64,000 nt of DNA from Mytilus edulis (Eukaryota). Below are positions 27,801-41,819 of the stretch, piece after piece. The stretch lies in the NCBI RefSeq assembly GCF_963676685.1, contig NC_092349.1:86056001-86120000 (forward strand), in the 5' to 3' direction. Under the pieces are notes generated by a model, which was not told the DNA's origin, did no database searches, and was given only the letters and a program-made list of their open reading frames with translations. The position numbers and the translations under genes are program-made. The number at the start of each line of letters is the position of its first letter. The stretch's first letter is position 1.

Positions 27801-29908
27801 ACATATAATTGGACCCCCCTCCCCATTATCCCGGGTTGAGAACACCCCTTTTCAAAATGGCTGGATCTGCCCGTGCTGATATTGATTATTGGCAAAGTAG
27901 TTACAGAAGAGACAAAGGATGACAACTGTCATCTGATGAGAAACTTAACCCTTTTGGGTTAGATGAGCTAAAAAGAAGATGTGCTATGAAATGCCAATGA
28001 GACAACTGGACAATTTAGTGACCAAAGGACAAAGATGTACACAACTACATGTAATTGTTCAGAATAAAATGATGGGCAAATTATTCTTGCATAGAAAACT
28101 ATAAAAGTTATGGATTATGAAATGTGAAAAAAAATATATAATCCAAACAAGAAAGGAACCTGGACTGTACCAATGACACAGAAATAGAATTACACAAGGT
28201 CATCATAATTACACAAGGTCATCATAATTAGTTTTTGTTCACAATATAAATAAGAAGATGTGGTATGTTTGCCAATGAGACAACTTTCCACTAGAGACCA
28301 AATGATACAGAATTAACAGCTAAAGGTCACTGTATGTTCTTCAACAATGAGCAAAGCTCATACCATAAAGTCAGCTAAAAAAGGCAGAGAAATCACAAAT
28401 GTAAAACAACTCAAACCAGAAAAGAAAAATGGCCTGATTGAATTAATGTATACAAAATAAAGGAAAAACAAATATGTAACAAAAATAATCCAAAAGAAAA
28501 ACATTATGGTTTGACATGGAACTTAAAAAAGACTGACTGAAAAAAAAAGTTATCTACAGTGGTTATCTCCCTTAACGGTATCCTCACAGGTGTTTAAAAT
28601 TAATTCTCTTTTATATCTGGATGATTTATACAAAACTTATAAGACATCTGTACAATATAATTATTTGATTGGCTATATATTAACTTGAATTGTGGTATTA
28701 ATTTGTATTTTGACATTTCAATGTATATCTATATGACTTATCACAAGATAAGTTACTATTAAATATGATAGATTGGAATAATTCAATGATGAACATTGGA
28801 TACAGATGCTGGTGTATACATGTATACTGTTAATAGTCTGCAGTAGTGAAAGACTTTTAAATCAAAAAATTTAAGGTTCAAGGAGATTAATTGATACATA
28901 TAACAATCTGCATCAACGTACAGACAAATTACTTGTTAGTTAAATGACATGAAAGTTAGCAATTAAAGGTCATGTTTGGCCTTCAATAATGAGAAAACCC
29001 CATGATGTTTATAACCAGCCAGAATGTCTTGTTTACTAACGTGTCCCTTCAGCAACACCACTCCTGAATCATTGTGAATTGCATGGGCAATTAATTAACA
29101 ATGAAAGAAAAAAACAAGAAGAGAGGAATTTGCTTTTAAGCCTGTCCTTCAAACCATTCTTTGATATCAAAGCCAAACTTTATGAATGACTGATGAACAA
29201 ATGAATAAATGATCATCAACTAATGATTTGCTTGTCACTGTCAAAACACGGAGGCAAATTAAGAGGGGCCCAGGAGGCCTCCCCCTTTTGTAGGAATAAT
29301 TTGGTTCATTATAAAGAGAGAATCACTGAAGCATGAATGGCTCCCTCTTAGGCAGTCAATAGAAAAAAGTCATATGAAATTTCTGTTTCCACCACTGAAA
29401 CAGTTCTCTTTACCTTCATTCAACATATATTTTGCCCTGTACTTTTATAAATTACTTTCTAATGAAGAAACAAGCTATATAATAAAGTACTATCAGCTGT
29501 TCCTGAAAACAAAGAGGGAATTCACATGATTGTTGGCATTATGTAATCTACACATGCTTTTGTAACACTTTAACTTGTTGCTTCAGAAACATGCCAAAAA
29601 AAAAGACACTTATACTACTGTCTACAGAATAACTGTTGGAGTTGTTTATATAGCTTCGGCTAAAATAAAATAGCATGCTAGGAAGACAGATTGCAACTTA
29701 AAGTTAATATTTAAAATGTTAAAATTAAAACAGAAAATGACAAATGTGCTAGGTCCACATTCCCAGATTTGCAATCTTTTAAAAAAGTTGTAATATTTGT
29801 CATTCTATCATCATTTGAAACTTTTGCTAACACTCTTCAATTTGAAAAAATATTGCTAACATCATTGTGTATTTGTCATGTGAGTTGACAACACTATTTT
29901 GTATGTTT

Positions 29909-32096
29909 AGTTTAAACAGTATTTATTAATGAAAAATGTCAAGACAAATATTACAATGTTACATAAAGTTCAAATATGGGATTCGGAAACAAGTTTGGAA
30001 AAACTTTTATAAATCCGTCTCCCTAAAAAAAAACAAAAAAAAATCTATTTAACATACAATATTACGTGCCAACAGTATATTCATTTTATGGTAGCATATG
30101 ATACATTGAATAAATAAACACACACACACACGCAAAAAAAAAAATAATAATAAAAAAAAATACAAAAAATACAAAACAAATAAAATAAAGGAAAACAATA
30201 AAAAGTGAGGGAAAAAAAACAAAAAAAACAAAAAAAAACAAACAACAAAAACAGTCAACTCTTATTTACTTTTCTAGACAGTCACTGGAACCAACACACA
30301 CGTTCGACCACAATCAATTACAACGGACAATCCACTCGATTTTACATCATATTTAAAAAAAAAAGTATAAATATATAATATATATATACATATACTAGAT
30401 TAACTTTCAAAACGTTTTGTTTTATTTATGTATTCAGAAACTTTATGAAATATTTGCATATTGTCCTCGTCAGCTTTTAGACCATCCCCATATAAGATAA
30501 TCTTAAGATTAAAACAAGAGATCGTCCCGATAGTATCCCTTCGAATTTCATTATATTTTGGACATTTGAAGAAATAATGAGAAGTAGTTTCTACTTTACC
30601 ACAGGAACACAGTGCGTTCTCGATTAGATTTTTTTAAAATAGATGGTCCCTTAGAACACTACTCTGGAGCCTTATTCTTGCTAAGCATATCTGTTCTCTT
30701 CTACAGCCGAAGTGAAAATACAATGGTATTTTATTAATATTTTGAGAGAGATAAGTCTTAAAACCTGATTTTGATTGATTTAGACGGATGTCGTCAGGAA
30801 TATTGTTCCAAAGGTTTACTACGGCTGGTAGAAATGACTTTTGATAATAGCTTGTTCTGCATAATACAGTTTGTAAATTTGAAGACCCCCTGGTCCTGTG
30901 GTCGTGTAGATCTAGTCTCTGATTTGGGACTAACACAGAAAGATAATCAGGACAATCTCCGTGAAACATTTGATGAAATTTTAATAACTTATGTTTGTCA
31001 CGTCGAGACTGGAGAGTTTCCCAACCGGTTTCATCGTACAGCAACTGTCTCGATGTTATCTTAGTACCACCTGTAACGATTCTTGCTGCTTCTAGTTGTA
31101 AGTTTTCCAGAGATGTTTTCAAATAATTAGGTATATTATCCCAGACAATGTCCCCATATTCTAAGACTGGGCGAATGAAAGATAAATAAATAGTTTCTAA
31201 ATGTTTCCTTTTAAGTTTAAACTTTAACTTCCGGAATAATGCTAATCTAGGAATAGCCTTATCAATAATCATTTTTACATGATTATTCCAGCTTCCATCT
31301 TCATTTATAATAACCCCTAAATGCTTATGCGACTCAACTTCTTTTATGATATTAGTATCCATATACACTGGCGGGTGGTGGGGTTTTTGATGCCTTTTTG
31401 AAATGGTCATTATTTCTGTTTTGTTTGGATTGAAATTGACAAGCCATTGCTTTGACCAATTATGTATTTTCTCAATATCTTTATTTAACTTTTCTGCCGC
31501 TTCATATTCGTTATCAACCACTATATAAATTGAGGTGTCATCAGCAAAAAGTTTTATATCACATTCGATGTCATTAACTATGTCATTTATATAAATGAGA
31601 AATAAAATAGGACCCAAGATAGACCCTTGGGGTACCCCAGCTGAGACATGTTCGTTATTGGACATTTCTCCACCAATGACAACCTGTTGCCTTCTTGAGT
31701 TTAAATAGCTTTCAAACCAAAGTAACAAGTTACCATTAATTCCTATTTTTCTAAGCTTATATAGTAAGCCTTTATGCCAAACTCGGTCGGAAGCTCGACT
31801 AATGTCGCAGAAGATTACCCTGACCTCTTTCCCTTCATCTAATGCTTTACCAAAATCATTAATAATACATAGTAGTTGGTTTACTGTCGAATCACCAGGG
31901 ATGAAACCAGACTGGAATTTTGTTAATAAAGAATTTGTAATAATAAAGTTAAAAAGGTATTTAAAAATGCATCTCTCCATTGTCTTACCAATGTTAGACA
32001 GCAAAGATATAGGTCTATAATTAAGTAAAAATCTGGGCCACCTTTGTTCTTATAAACAGGTATAACATTTGCTAGTTTCCACACATCTGGAACATA
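29909..32096 (-). mobile_element. 5'-truncated non-LTR retrotransposon (LINE, CR1/L2-group-like) with RT remnant, 3' UTR and 11-bp TSD
   Basis: ORF 32004-30634 carries RT motifs QSGF, DISRASDRVWH, GVPQGSILGPILFLIYIND, LFADD and HKHLGV. The frame continues past a premature TAA into CSCG..ETTSHYFFKC (CCHC) and stops at 30400. TTTGTATGTTT is duplicated at 29898-29908 and 32097-32107. Confidence 0.93.
30400..32096 (-). pseudogene. Disrupted LINE ORF2 (reverse transcriptase plus C-terminal zinc knuckle)
   Basis: No endonuclease domain (5' truncation), probable frameshift near 32020-32040, premature stop at 30634-30636, and Phe-to-Ser change in the DxxxAFD motif. Confidence 0.88.
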
Positions 32097-33404
32097 TTTG
32101 TATGTTTGTTAGATGCATTCCTTTTTTCATCACTTTTCAATGTTTTTTAAGCTTCTGTTGTCTTAAACAATACTGATAACTGAAATTTATCCTTTCTATT
32201 ACATTTCAGCAATTGAAAAACAAATAACTCATGTTCAAATGACAATGACCTTTATATGCACATTTTTAAACTCCACTTTGATGTTTTCCAATTATACAAA
32301 GCACTATCTAGCTAACCAAATGCAGTTGGGAAATCTTGTTAAATATAACAAAACAAATTACACTCTGGTAAGTTAAAATTGATCCAATTATTGATTATTC
32401 AAAGTGTCAAAAATACTGAATTTCATCGCCAGACATCCTCTATAAAAAGCTTTTGAACCTTTTAACTCTTTGTCTGCACCATAAGGCACCTTTTGACATT
32501 TTTTTCATCTCAATGAATTGTTTGTCTCTGGTTTCCATCAAAACAACCAATATAACAGCACCAGTTTTTCACTAAATCAAGACATTTATCATGTCTTTGA
32601 ACACAAGATTTAATTTAAGTGGACAAAGTCATTGAAAAATGATCTTAATTTAGTTTATAAGCATTGATTTTATTCAGATCATTTGTTATTAATGATTAGG
32701 TGTCTACTAAACTGAAGAAGTTGATGGCCAATGCTTTTTAAACGAAAATTTAATTAATTATTGATCTTGAATCTTGTCATCTAACCGGCAGTGTCAGATC
32801 ACTGGTGAAATAGTTATTTTTCAAAGACCATGACATATGAGTCTTATTTTTTTTTCTAGCTTATGTGTCTTTCAATTTTTCACTCACTTAGTTTAAACAT
32901 ATTTATATATAGTGGATTGGGAAACAAGTTATATTTCAACTTATATTAATCCCTTTCCACTTTGCAGATGCGAGTGCTGCCTTGTAATTGTATTAGTGCG
33001 AAAATACATTCTTAATATATATGTTTCATTACAATTTGTTGGCTTTAAAATATTTGTCTTTGAGAGTCTCTAGTGATGGTGAATCTCTACACAAGTCTGT
33101 GTTCATCTTTTATCTTGTATTTGAATGTTCCAAAATCCACCAAAGTTTAATATACATGTACATGTATATATGCAATTGCTTAAGGTTGATTTCTAACCGG
33201 TGCAGCTCATATTATGATTTGTCCAAGAAGAACTTAGAACTATTTTTTAAACTGAGAGAAGAAATTTATTTTTACAGTAACTGATTAACAAGGGAAGTCA
33301 TTTTAAACATAAGTGAGAAAAAGCAATGAGACACTATATTTTTGGTACTGCAATAGATCTGCAAAAATCATTATTGCCTTTAATAACATTTTTTTTAGAA
33401 TATA

Positions 33405-33795
33405 ACAAGAATGTGTCCATAGTACATGGATGCCACACTCCCATTATCGTTTTCTATGTTCAGTGGACCGTGAAATTGGGATAAAAAATATAATTTGGCA
33501 TTTAAATTAGAAAGATCATAACATAACATGACAAAAAAATACCTTGACCAAAAACTTTAACCTGAAACTTGCACTATCATTTTCTATGTTCAGTGGACCG
33601 AGAAATTGGGGCCAAAGTCTAATTTGGCAATTAAATTAGAAAGTTTGAAGTTGATTGGACTTCCACTTCATCAAAAACAACCTTGACCAAAAACTTTAAC
33701 CTAAATGAACAAATGGAAGGATGGACGGTACAACAAACAGACGCACAGACCAGAAAACATAATGCCCTTCTACTATCGTAGGTGGGGCATAAAAA
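33405..33795 (+). repeat. Interspersed repeat family AACAAGAATGTGTCCATAGTAC...ATGCCC..GGGGCATAAAA (further copies at about 26470-26715 and 27016-27285)
   Basis: Three recognisably homologous copies with a GGAC/AGAC microsatellite and a 3' hairpin. Confidence 0.7.
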
Positions 33796-35646
33796 TAAAA
33801 AAGGTGGTATGATTACCAATGAAACAAATCTCTTCTAGAAACCAAATGACATAGAAATTAACTACTATAGGTTACTGTATGGCCTTAAACAATGAGCAAA
33901 GCCTTTACCCCATAGTCAGCTGTAAAAGGCCCTGAAATGACAAACGCAAAACAAATCAAACCAGAAAACTCCCGATATCCACTTAAAGTAGTCTTTATCT
34001 TGACAAATACTACTGCAGGTTCTATTGCCTACAGGACTGATGCTCTGATTTATCAGAGAAATTCTCGTTAGGATATTCAAGGTCCCTTTAACAAAAGATT
34101 TGCTATTGATCTTCTTACATCAGCATTACAATCAAGGAATTTATTAATTGTCAAAATAACATTATTTCATACTTATGTAATGAAATTATTGATCAATATC
34201 AACTGACTAACAATGACTTATATGATGTAACCAAATATTATCCAAAAAAAAGTTAAAATATTGTTGTAATTGAAATAGTATCTTTTAAAATGACCTTATT
34301 TTAGTTGCACTTTTGAATATAGAATTGCAACAGGACCAGTTTCCTGTGACATTTTGAATAGAACTGAACCCTTTGATGAAAGGATGTGGGTCTTTTGTAC
34401 AACTTTAAGAAGCACATGTCGTTGTTTATCTAGCCATAAACTTCTACCACTAACAATCTTTTACTTTGACAGTTCTGAGGTTTTTATTGGAAAATCAAAC
34501 TTGCTTTCAACATTTTACATGTAATATAGTGACTCAAATCAAGAAGGTCAAATAAAATATTTAAAAATTTAGACATTTGTTTTTAGTGTAATCAAACATT
34601 AAGTTTAAGAACAAATCAAACATTTGCTCACATTGGAAAAATATTTGTATAATGATTCAATAAAATTGTGTTTTTATCAATATTTTGGTTTAAGTCAGAA
34701 TTTTATTATTATTAAATTTAATTAAACCAGAAATATTGAAACATCAATTAGCTATATATATATTTAGAGAATCATTATAACATAACTCTAGAAATGGTGA
34801 AACATAGACAAAAAATACATTTGTCACAGATTTCACTAATGCTATGTACTGATACTTTTATATAATTGATTTAGTCAAGTTTACTGAAAACAGATATATG
34901 GTATGACTGTGAAACAAGAAATGAACAAAGAAAGATAATGCAAAATCTCCAACCAAACAACTGAACATTATTACAAGTGAAACAGGTGCTTGGTTATTAT
35001 ATAATGGATATGTTAACATGTATGTTAAGGCATTTAAGTTTTTTTACTAAATAAAACTGGTCTTACTTCAACATATAGCCAAAATATATTGTTTTTCCAA
35101 CATGCTATTTTAATATATATTACATAAACTGGATGTTTTTCAATCTACAGGTTGCATAAAAAATTTATTTTTACTTTTCACTTCACAATTTACTTCTATA
35201 AAAACAGGAATTCTATCAACCATACTTCAATGGCTGAATTAAGTTTGAAGGTAGAAATTGTTTGCCAAATATTTTTTTCCCAAATTGAATGTGTTATTTA
35301 ACCAATTTACCGGAGTTTGGCAAGGACTCCATTATCATAGAAATAGACTTGAAACCGAAAGACAGAGCTATAAGTGTGTACTGATGATTTGTTAACCCAG
35401 AAAAACTTTTTATAACAAGTTTAAAGGACTCTAAATTGGTTATTCAATTTTCATGGTGCCTTCAAGAGAAGAATATAGGTTTTGATTCATAAGCCTTTAT
35501 TCCATTCATATGCTGATTCCATAATCTGGGTAGTTATTCTGGTTTCATGACTGGCCTTACATTAATTTGAAGTTACACAACTGCTGGTGTTAAGAGTCAA
35601 TAAAAACACACACACACACAGATCTACAGCTAACACCCAATGTTAC

Positions 35647-35759
35647 CTTGGACCATTTACTTCTTCATGTACATGTCTGTTTAGGTGTAAAGTCTCCATA
35701 CATATGCTATCTACTTTTTCATTGGTTCTTGTCATGTGACATATCACCTGATCGCTAGC
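35647..35759 (-). CDS. MTO1: MTO1 coding exon 7
   Basis: [37 protein letters not shown](R); phase-2 donor AG|GTAACA just before the expected YCPSIE motif. Confidence 0.92.
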
Positions 35760-38700
35760 CTATTTATAGAAAAAAATGATAGCAATTATTATTCAATTTT
35801 TATATTTCATTACGATCTACCACAAAAATAAAACATCAAAGTCACTATAATGATAATGGGCAAATCCTTTCACAGAAAATCCAAACTAGAGGCTCTCAAG
35901 AGCCTGTGTCGCTCACCTGTTACTGTATTCACTGATGTTGGCCATCTTGGCTGGTAGGCGGGGTCATTAGACACTTTTTTAAAATAGATACCCTAGTAAT
36001 GATTGTGGCCAAGTTTGGTTAAATTTGGCCCATAGTTTTAAAAAAGAAGATTTTTGTACAAGTTACAAAAATGACAAAAAGTTGTTCAATATTGACTATA
36101 AAGGACAATAACTCCTTAAGGGGTTCTCTGACAATTTTGGTCATGTTTACTTACTTGTATATCTTACTTTGCTGAACATTATTGCAGTTTACAGTTTATC
36201 TCTATCTATAATAGTATTCAAGATAATAACCAAAAACTGCAAAATTTCCTTAAAATTACCAATTTTAGGGCAGCAACCCAACAACAGATTGAAGGATTCA
36301 ACTGAAAATTTGTGAGGGGATAGATCTTATTCTGATGGACATTTAAATCTTGAAAGATTTGCCCTAAATGTCTTAGTTTCAAAGATATAAAGCAAAATCT
36401 GCATTTTGCCACTATGTTCTAATTTTAGCCATGTCGGCCATTTTTTTTGGTAGGTGGGGTCATCGGACACATTTTTTAAACTATATACCACAATTATGAT
36501 TGTGGCCAAGTTTGGTTTAATTTGGCCCAGTAGTTTCAGAGAAGAAGATTTTTGTATAAGTTCCAAAAAATGACGAAAAAGTTGTTAAAATTGACTATAA
36601 AGGGCAATAACTCCTTAAGGGGTTGACTGACAATTTTGGTCTTGTTGACTTATTTGTAGGTCTTATTTTGCTGAACATTATTGCTGTTTACAGATAGATC
36701 TTGACCTAATCCACAATTTTACCCCATGTCAAATTTGCTCTCAATGCTTTGGTTTTTGAGTTATAAGCCAAAAACTGTATTTTACCCCTGTGTTCTATTT
36801 TTAGCCATGGTAGCCATCTTGGTTTAAATTTGATGGCCAGGTCATCGGACACATTTTTTAAACTAGATACCCCAATGTTGATTGTGGCCAAGTTTGGTTA
36901 AATTTGGCCCAGTAGTTTCAGAGGAGAAGACTTTTATAAAAGTTTACGGACGACAGACGCAAGACGACGGACGACAGACGCCAAGTGATGAGAAAAGCTA
37001 ACTTGACATTTATAATAATAATAATAATAATAAATTCTTTATTTAAAGAGGGTAAACTCAGTTAGTTACAATAAACTAATCTTCCCTGAGGCCCTCACAT
37101 ACAAATTTCAATACAATCAAAACAGATATACACATAGTTAATTTACACATAGTTAATCAGGTAAGGTGAGCTAAAAAAGCTTTAAGGATCCTGCTTACAT
37201 GTTTAACCCCACCATATTATGTATGTATGTTCCTGTCCCAAGTCAAGAGCCTGTTATTCAGTGGTTGTTGTTGTTGCTGTGTTACATATTTATTTTTTTT
37301 CATTTTTTAGGCAGTTAGTTTTCTTGTTTGAATTGATTTACATTTGTTATTTCAAGGCCTTTTATACCCAACTATACAGTATGGGCTTTGCTCATTGTTG
37401 AAAATCATATGTTGACTGATAATTATTCATTTCTGTGTTATTTGGTCTGTTGAGGAGAGTTGTTCCATAGTTTGCTGTTGATCAGGACAAAATATATGAA
37501 TATAAATGCCACACCCATGATTTAAGGAAAACAAATCGATGGCTCCCATGAATTATTTCTTATACTTCAACATATGTCACACTGACCTTAATCCATACTT
37601 GATCATTAATGAAGGAGAATGGTTCGGGAGGATCATCACCATACTTTATTTCTGTTTTGGAGAAATCAATCGTCTTACCATCTAATCTAGGTGGTGTACC
37701 TATAAATAAAACTATGTTTTGTCACAAGGGAGACAGTAAACATCAAGTTTCTGTCATTAGCATAGCATAGACATTCTCACAATCTAGTCCTAATAATGCT
37801 CCTAGGAGTAAATCTGATAATGGTTAAATTTTGATTGAATGATTGATTGATTATTGGTTTTTAATGCCACGTTCGGCACTCTGCGCTATTTGATACAGGC
37901 TAGTTTTTACTTGTGGAGGAACCTGGAGAACCACCATCTTCCAATCAAAACTTGAAATTGTAGTTTATTGAGATCTAACACACCTTACTACAAGTGGGTT
38001 CCAAACTCACAACTTCAGGTTCATATTTTGAACAAATGAACACTAATAATGAGACTTTACATACTGTTGACTTATCAGTGTTTAGTAAGATTAAGGAAAT
38101 ATTGGATTTTCAGGGATATTTAACCAACATTATCTGTTGACTGGTATAACTTTAAGATATCCACTGCAGTGCATTGCTTACAGAACTATACAGTACCTGT
38201 TTTCAGTCTACCCATTGTAAATCCTGCATTTTCAATACTTTTAGCCAGACCAACGGCAGGCTGATCTCCTAGTCGGCCAGCTGGGATAACATCTAAACCA
38301 ATATTTATACTTCCTCTCAAAAATGTGCCAGCTGTTAGTATTACAGTCTTGCCATATATTTCTTTACCATCACCTGCAAACAATAAAATCTTGAATCTAA
38401 ACCAGAGGTTATAATGATCAATGACAATTTGTGGTACTTTTATTTATCTCAACAGTGTGATGAACCTATGGCATTTGTCTCCGGTTGAGAGTTTTCTCGT
38501 GGGCTAGCATACCAAGTCTTTTTATTTTTCTTGTATAAACAGACAAAGAACAGGATACCTATGTATCATTATATTAATTTGAGGTTGGGAAAAACCCAGA
38601 ATAAACATGAATAATAATTCATTATATAAAAGCATTACTATATCATTTTACTGATTTAGCCAACAAAATATTCTTTTTAACTTTCATATAAAACTTTAAA

Positions 38701-41209
38701 GATTTAACGTCTCAGAGATGAGTTAATTTTAGTAATCCTATAATTTGAAAAATTAGTTTGGTTTTTTTTAAAGAAAATGCAGACAAATAGCAGGGAAAAT
38801 AGTGTGTCTAGTACAATTTTGTTAAGATTTTTGTGTTGTTATGCTAAATGGAGTCTTGCTGACATCAAACACCACTCTCACATTGATTCATTTGTACAAT
38901 ATTGTCATTACCCAGTTTTACACCACAACATTCTTGTTTCATTAAATCATGACTAGGGTGTGTTGCTGTTTTCAAAATCAGATCTTCGACTGGGGACACT
39001 TCTATAGCTAGGTTTGCTGTGGTCTCCACTTCTTCTTGGATGTGTTTCTTATATAGCATCCTGTCTATCTGTGCTCTAGGGCCCTTAAAATATAAGGTAG
39101 AAAGTTTAATGATTCAATCTAATGAAATGGAAATTTTATCACATATAAAGGTTATTTTTTTATTTCTCAAAATTAAGTCTAAGACTTAATAATTTACTTC
39201 CTCTATTTGACACTTCTTGACAAAGTCTCTGCTTGCTCATACATTTTCATAGCATCAATTGTCAAAATGAATGTAACAAACGATGAAGCATTAGAATGCT
39301 TAATCATCACTGTGGTTGTTTGAAGCAGAAATAATGGCCAATAATTTTAATTCTCATTTCAAAAATCAGAAATAAATAATCTTGTGAGTCAGTAAAAATG
39401 TTTTTGTTTTTTTATAGTTATGTATTATTCAGACCTGACCATAGGTCAATCAGGACGTCTAACAATAACATCTTACCCATACAGCAGGTCCCTTCTTTTT
39501 GTTCAGTATTCTATACTGTATTCCTGATTTATCTGAAACAGTGTGAGATATTGTTTGTATTGTAGACATCTAACATGGCGAATCTCTGATATATATAAGA
39601 AAATGTCCAGACTTTATAATGGAAATAACAGAGCTTTTTTTCATTTCATAAAAATATTTAACAGAATTGAATTAAATTTGCTTTGCAGTCTCTTTAAAAT
39701 AAATAATCTGTTAGAGTTATCTCCCCTTATATAGCAACCATAATTGTGTAATGGACATCTTCATTTGCATGTCAATATAAATACTTTTAAAATTCAAATG
39801 AAAACTTTAAAATAAAAGTCAAAATTTGATAAAAAGATGAAGGCTGCAGATATTAATGAATACTTAGTGTGTTCAAATTTGTTTAGTTAGCTTAAAGCTT
39901 ATTACACCCAATTCACCACCTGTTCTTGACCAACTAGTACTGCAACAGGAAATATTCAATACTCAGCAATTGCCTCCAGGCAAGCAAAAAGGGCTCTATT
40001 GCCAGTCTAGGCTGTTAAAAACATTATCATCATTCAATCCTATGCTATTTTCTGAATCCTAGGCTATTTCTACCAATCAAGACTTTAAATGCTGAAATGT
40101 CTGACTCCATTGTTGGTTCTGTTCAATCTGTTTTTGAAAAACTTTATAATTCAGTATTTCTAAACTCCAAGATGAACTCTGATATACAAGTACCTACCAC
40201 AGATTCTGGCACACACTCCATCTAAGGCATCTAATTCCTTCATCAGATGACCTTTACCTATTCCTCCAAATGATGGGTTACAGGACATTTCACCTGAATA
40301 AAATAACAAAATATTCATAAAATAATAGTTATAGGCATTGAAATTGTTCAAATTATTTAATCTGTCTTGTTTTTTTTATTCTAACAATGCATAGTCAGGC
40401 TTTCAAAAAGTGATATCTTCATTCCAATACAATGACAGATAGTAATTTATTTGTAACAAGAAAGTAATTTGAATTGATTGTGTATCTGCCATTTCTATTT
40501 GGTTCAATCTCAAATATTGCATGTATTGTATTCTCTAGGTTGAACTTTTTTGTTATCTTTTGTCACTTAGAAAAGAAAAAGAAATTAGAAGCAGACTCTT
40601 TATTTCTTGTCATTTTACAAAAAAAAACGCCAAAATTAGTTAATTTTCAGTAATGTCTAAATAAATTATCTCATTGAATTGATTATATTTGTGCAAAATA
40701 TCTCCCTTATTTTTGTTTACATGTTTACATATTTTGTGCATGCAGGTATCTTTTTGCCAACCTGCTAAAATGGTGAAAGTAATAAGCAATTATTTCTTTA
40801 AAACAACAACATAAAATACTGTTAACTAATTTGTTTTCAATTACATGTATACTCTGCCCTTTCTAGCCAACTTCATGGGAATTAATTTTCTTGATTTTCA
40901 AATTTTCTTTATGTATTCTCTGATTATATAAAATTAGTATGTTTTCAGTACACATAATAAAATTGCAGCAGTCAGCAATTGTATGTAATGACATTATAAT
41001 TTACCTATGGTCTCAAACTTGTGTGTAACTAATAAAGTCTGCACTCCCATTCTAGCTGCTGCACAGGCTGCTTCTGTTCCAGCATGGCCCCCACCAACAA
41101 CTATAACATCATAGGGTAGGGCAGTTGTCCCTTGGGTAGAGCTCAGTAATCGTCTTCCTGTACATCTAGCATACTGACACACATGGCCAAGTTTCAGTGC
41201 TGTTCTCAT
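35647..41209 (-). CDS. MTO1: MTO1 (mitochondrial tRNA U34 modification enzyme, GidA/MnmG family), N-terminal ~310 aa
   Basis: Coding exons 41209-41005, 40293-40198, 39532-39477, 39083-38912, 38373-38197, 37699-37587 and 35759-35647 are GT-AG and phase-compatible. Motifs: [16 protein letters not shown] (FAD-binding), [54 protein letters not shown]. The N-terminus is basic and presequence-like. Confidence 0.96.
35885..37178 (+). mobile_element. Same Helentron-associated-like family, copy 2, in an MTO1 intron; its 3' end is interrupted by a short retroposon tail (about 37010-37160)
   Basis: Shared start, end and internal blocks with 3288-4392; the expected GGTGAGCTAAAAA end resumes at about 37165. 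Confidence 0.7.
37587..37699 (-). CDS. MTO1: MTO1 coding exon 6
   Basis: [38 protein letters not shown]. Confidence 0.94.
38197..38373 (-). CDS. MTO1: MTO1 coding exon 5
   Basis: [59 protein letters not shown]. Confidence 0.95.
38912..39083 (-). CDS. MTO1: MTO1 coding exon 4
   Basis: [37 protein letters not shown]...CCGVKL. Confidence 0.93.
39477..39532 (-). CDS. MTO1: MTO1 coding exon 3
   Basis: [19 protein letters not shown]; boundaries tttcag| and |gtaag. Confidence 0.93.
40198..40293 (-). CDS. MTO1: MTO1 coding exon 2
   Basis: [32 protein letters not shown]. Confidence 0.95.
41005..41209 (-). CDS. MTO1: MTO1 coding exon 1
   Basis: [10 protein letters not shown]...[36 protein letters not shown]; donor G|GTAAAT. 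Confidence 0.95.
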
Positions 41210-41819
41210 CCTTTGATTAGCTTAAACTGTAAAGGTTATACATCTGAACTGAAAAAGGACACATGTGCTATAGAAAAGTTACAATTAATAAAACTGAAAT
41301 ATACATTTGTTGATTTTGTGCAAACAGTCAATATGTAATTCTTATATTTTACTGAATGAAATAAGATTCAGTTGACATATATTGCTATTTTAGTTGATAT
41401 TGGCCGAAGAACATAAATAATGGGGTCATGGTCAGATGAACCATTGTTCAGAACTTCCATTTGTAATATATTGTTAACCTTTTGCTTTTAAAAAAGTACT
41501 AATATGAAAAATAGACCTAACCACAAAAACCTTAGCATTGACCAATGAACCGTGCAATTTAGGTCAAGGTCAGACAAAATCTGTCAGATAGACAGTTTCT
41601 TTGTTACATATTTGTTTGTTTTTATAGTGATTGAGATTATAACACAATCTTAACTGCTGTACCCTTAGTTTTGACATTTTTATTTATTATGTCTGTTTGT
41701 TTTCTTCACACATTGTTTATCAATATAATGGAATTTTATGTGACTTTCATATAGTGAGAGGTTTGGCTAGCTATAAAACCAGGTTTAATCCACCAATTTC
41801 TACATACATGTACATGTAA

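Noticed and set aside
30634-32004. RT as an active element, retron or domesticated gene
   Set aside because: It is 5'-truncated with no endonuclease, has a premature stop and motif damage, and is flanked by a TSD, so it is an ordinary dead LINE copy.
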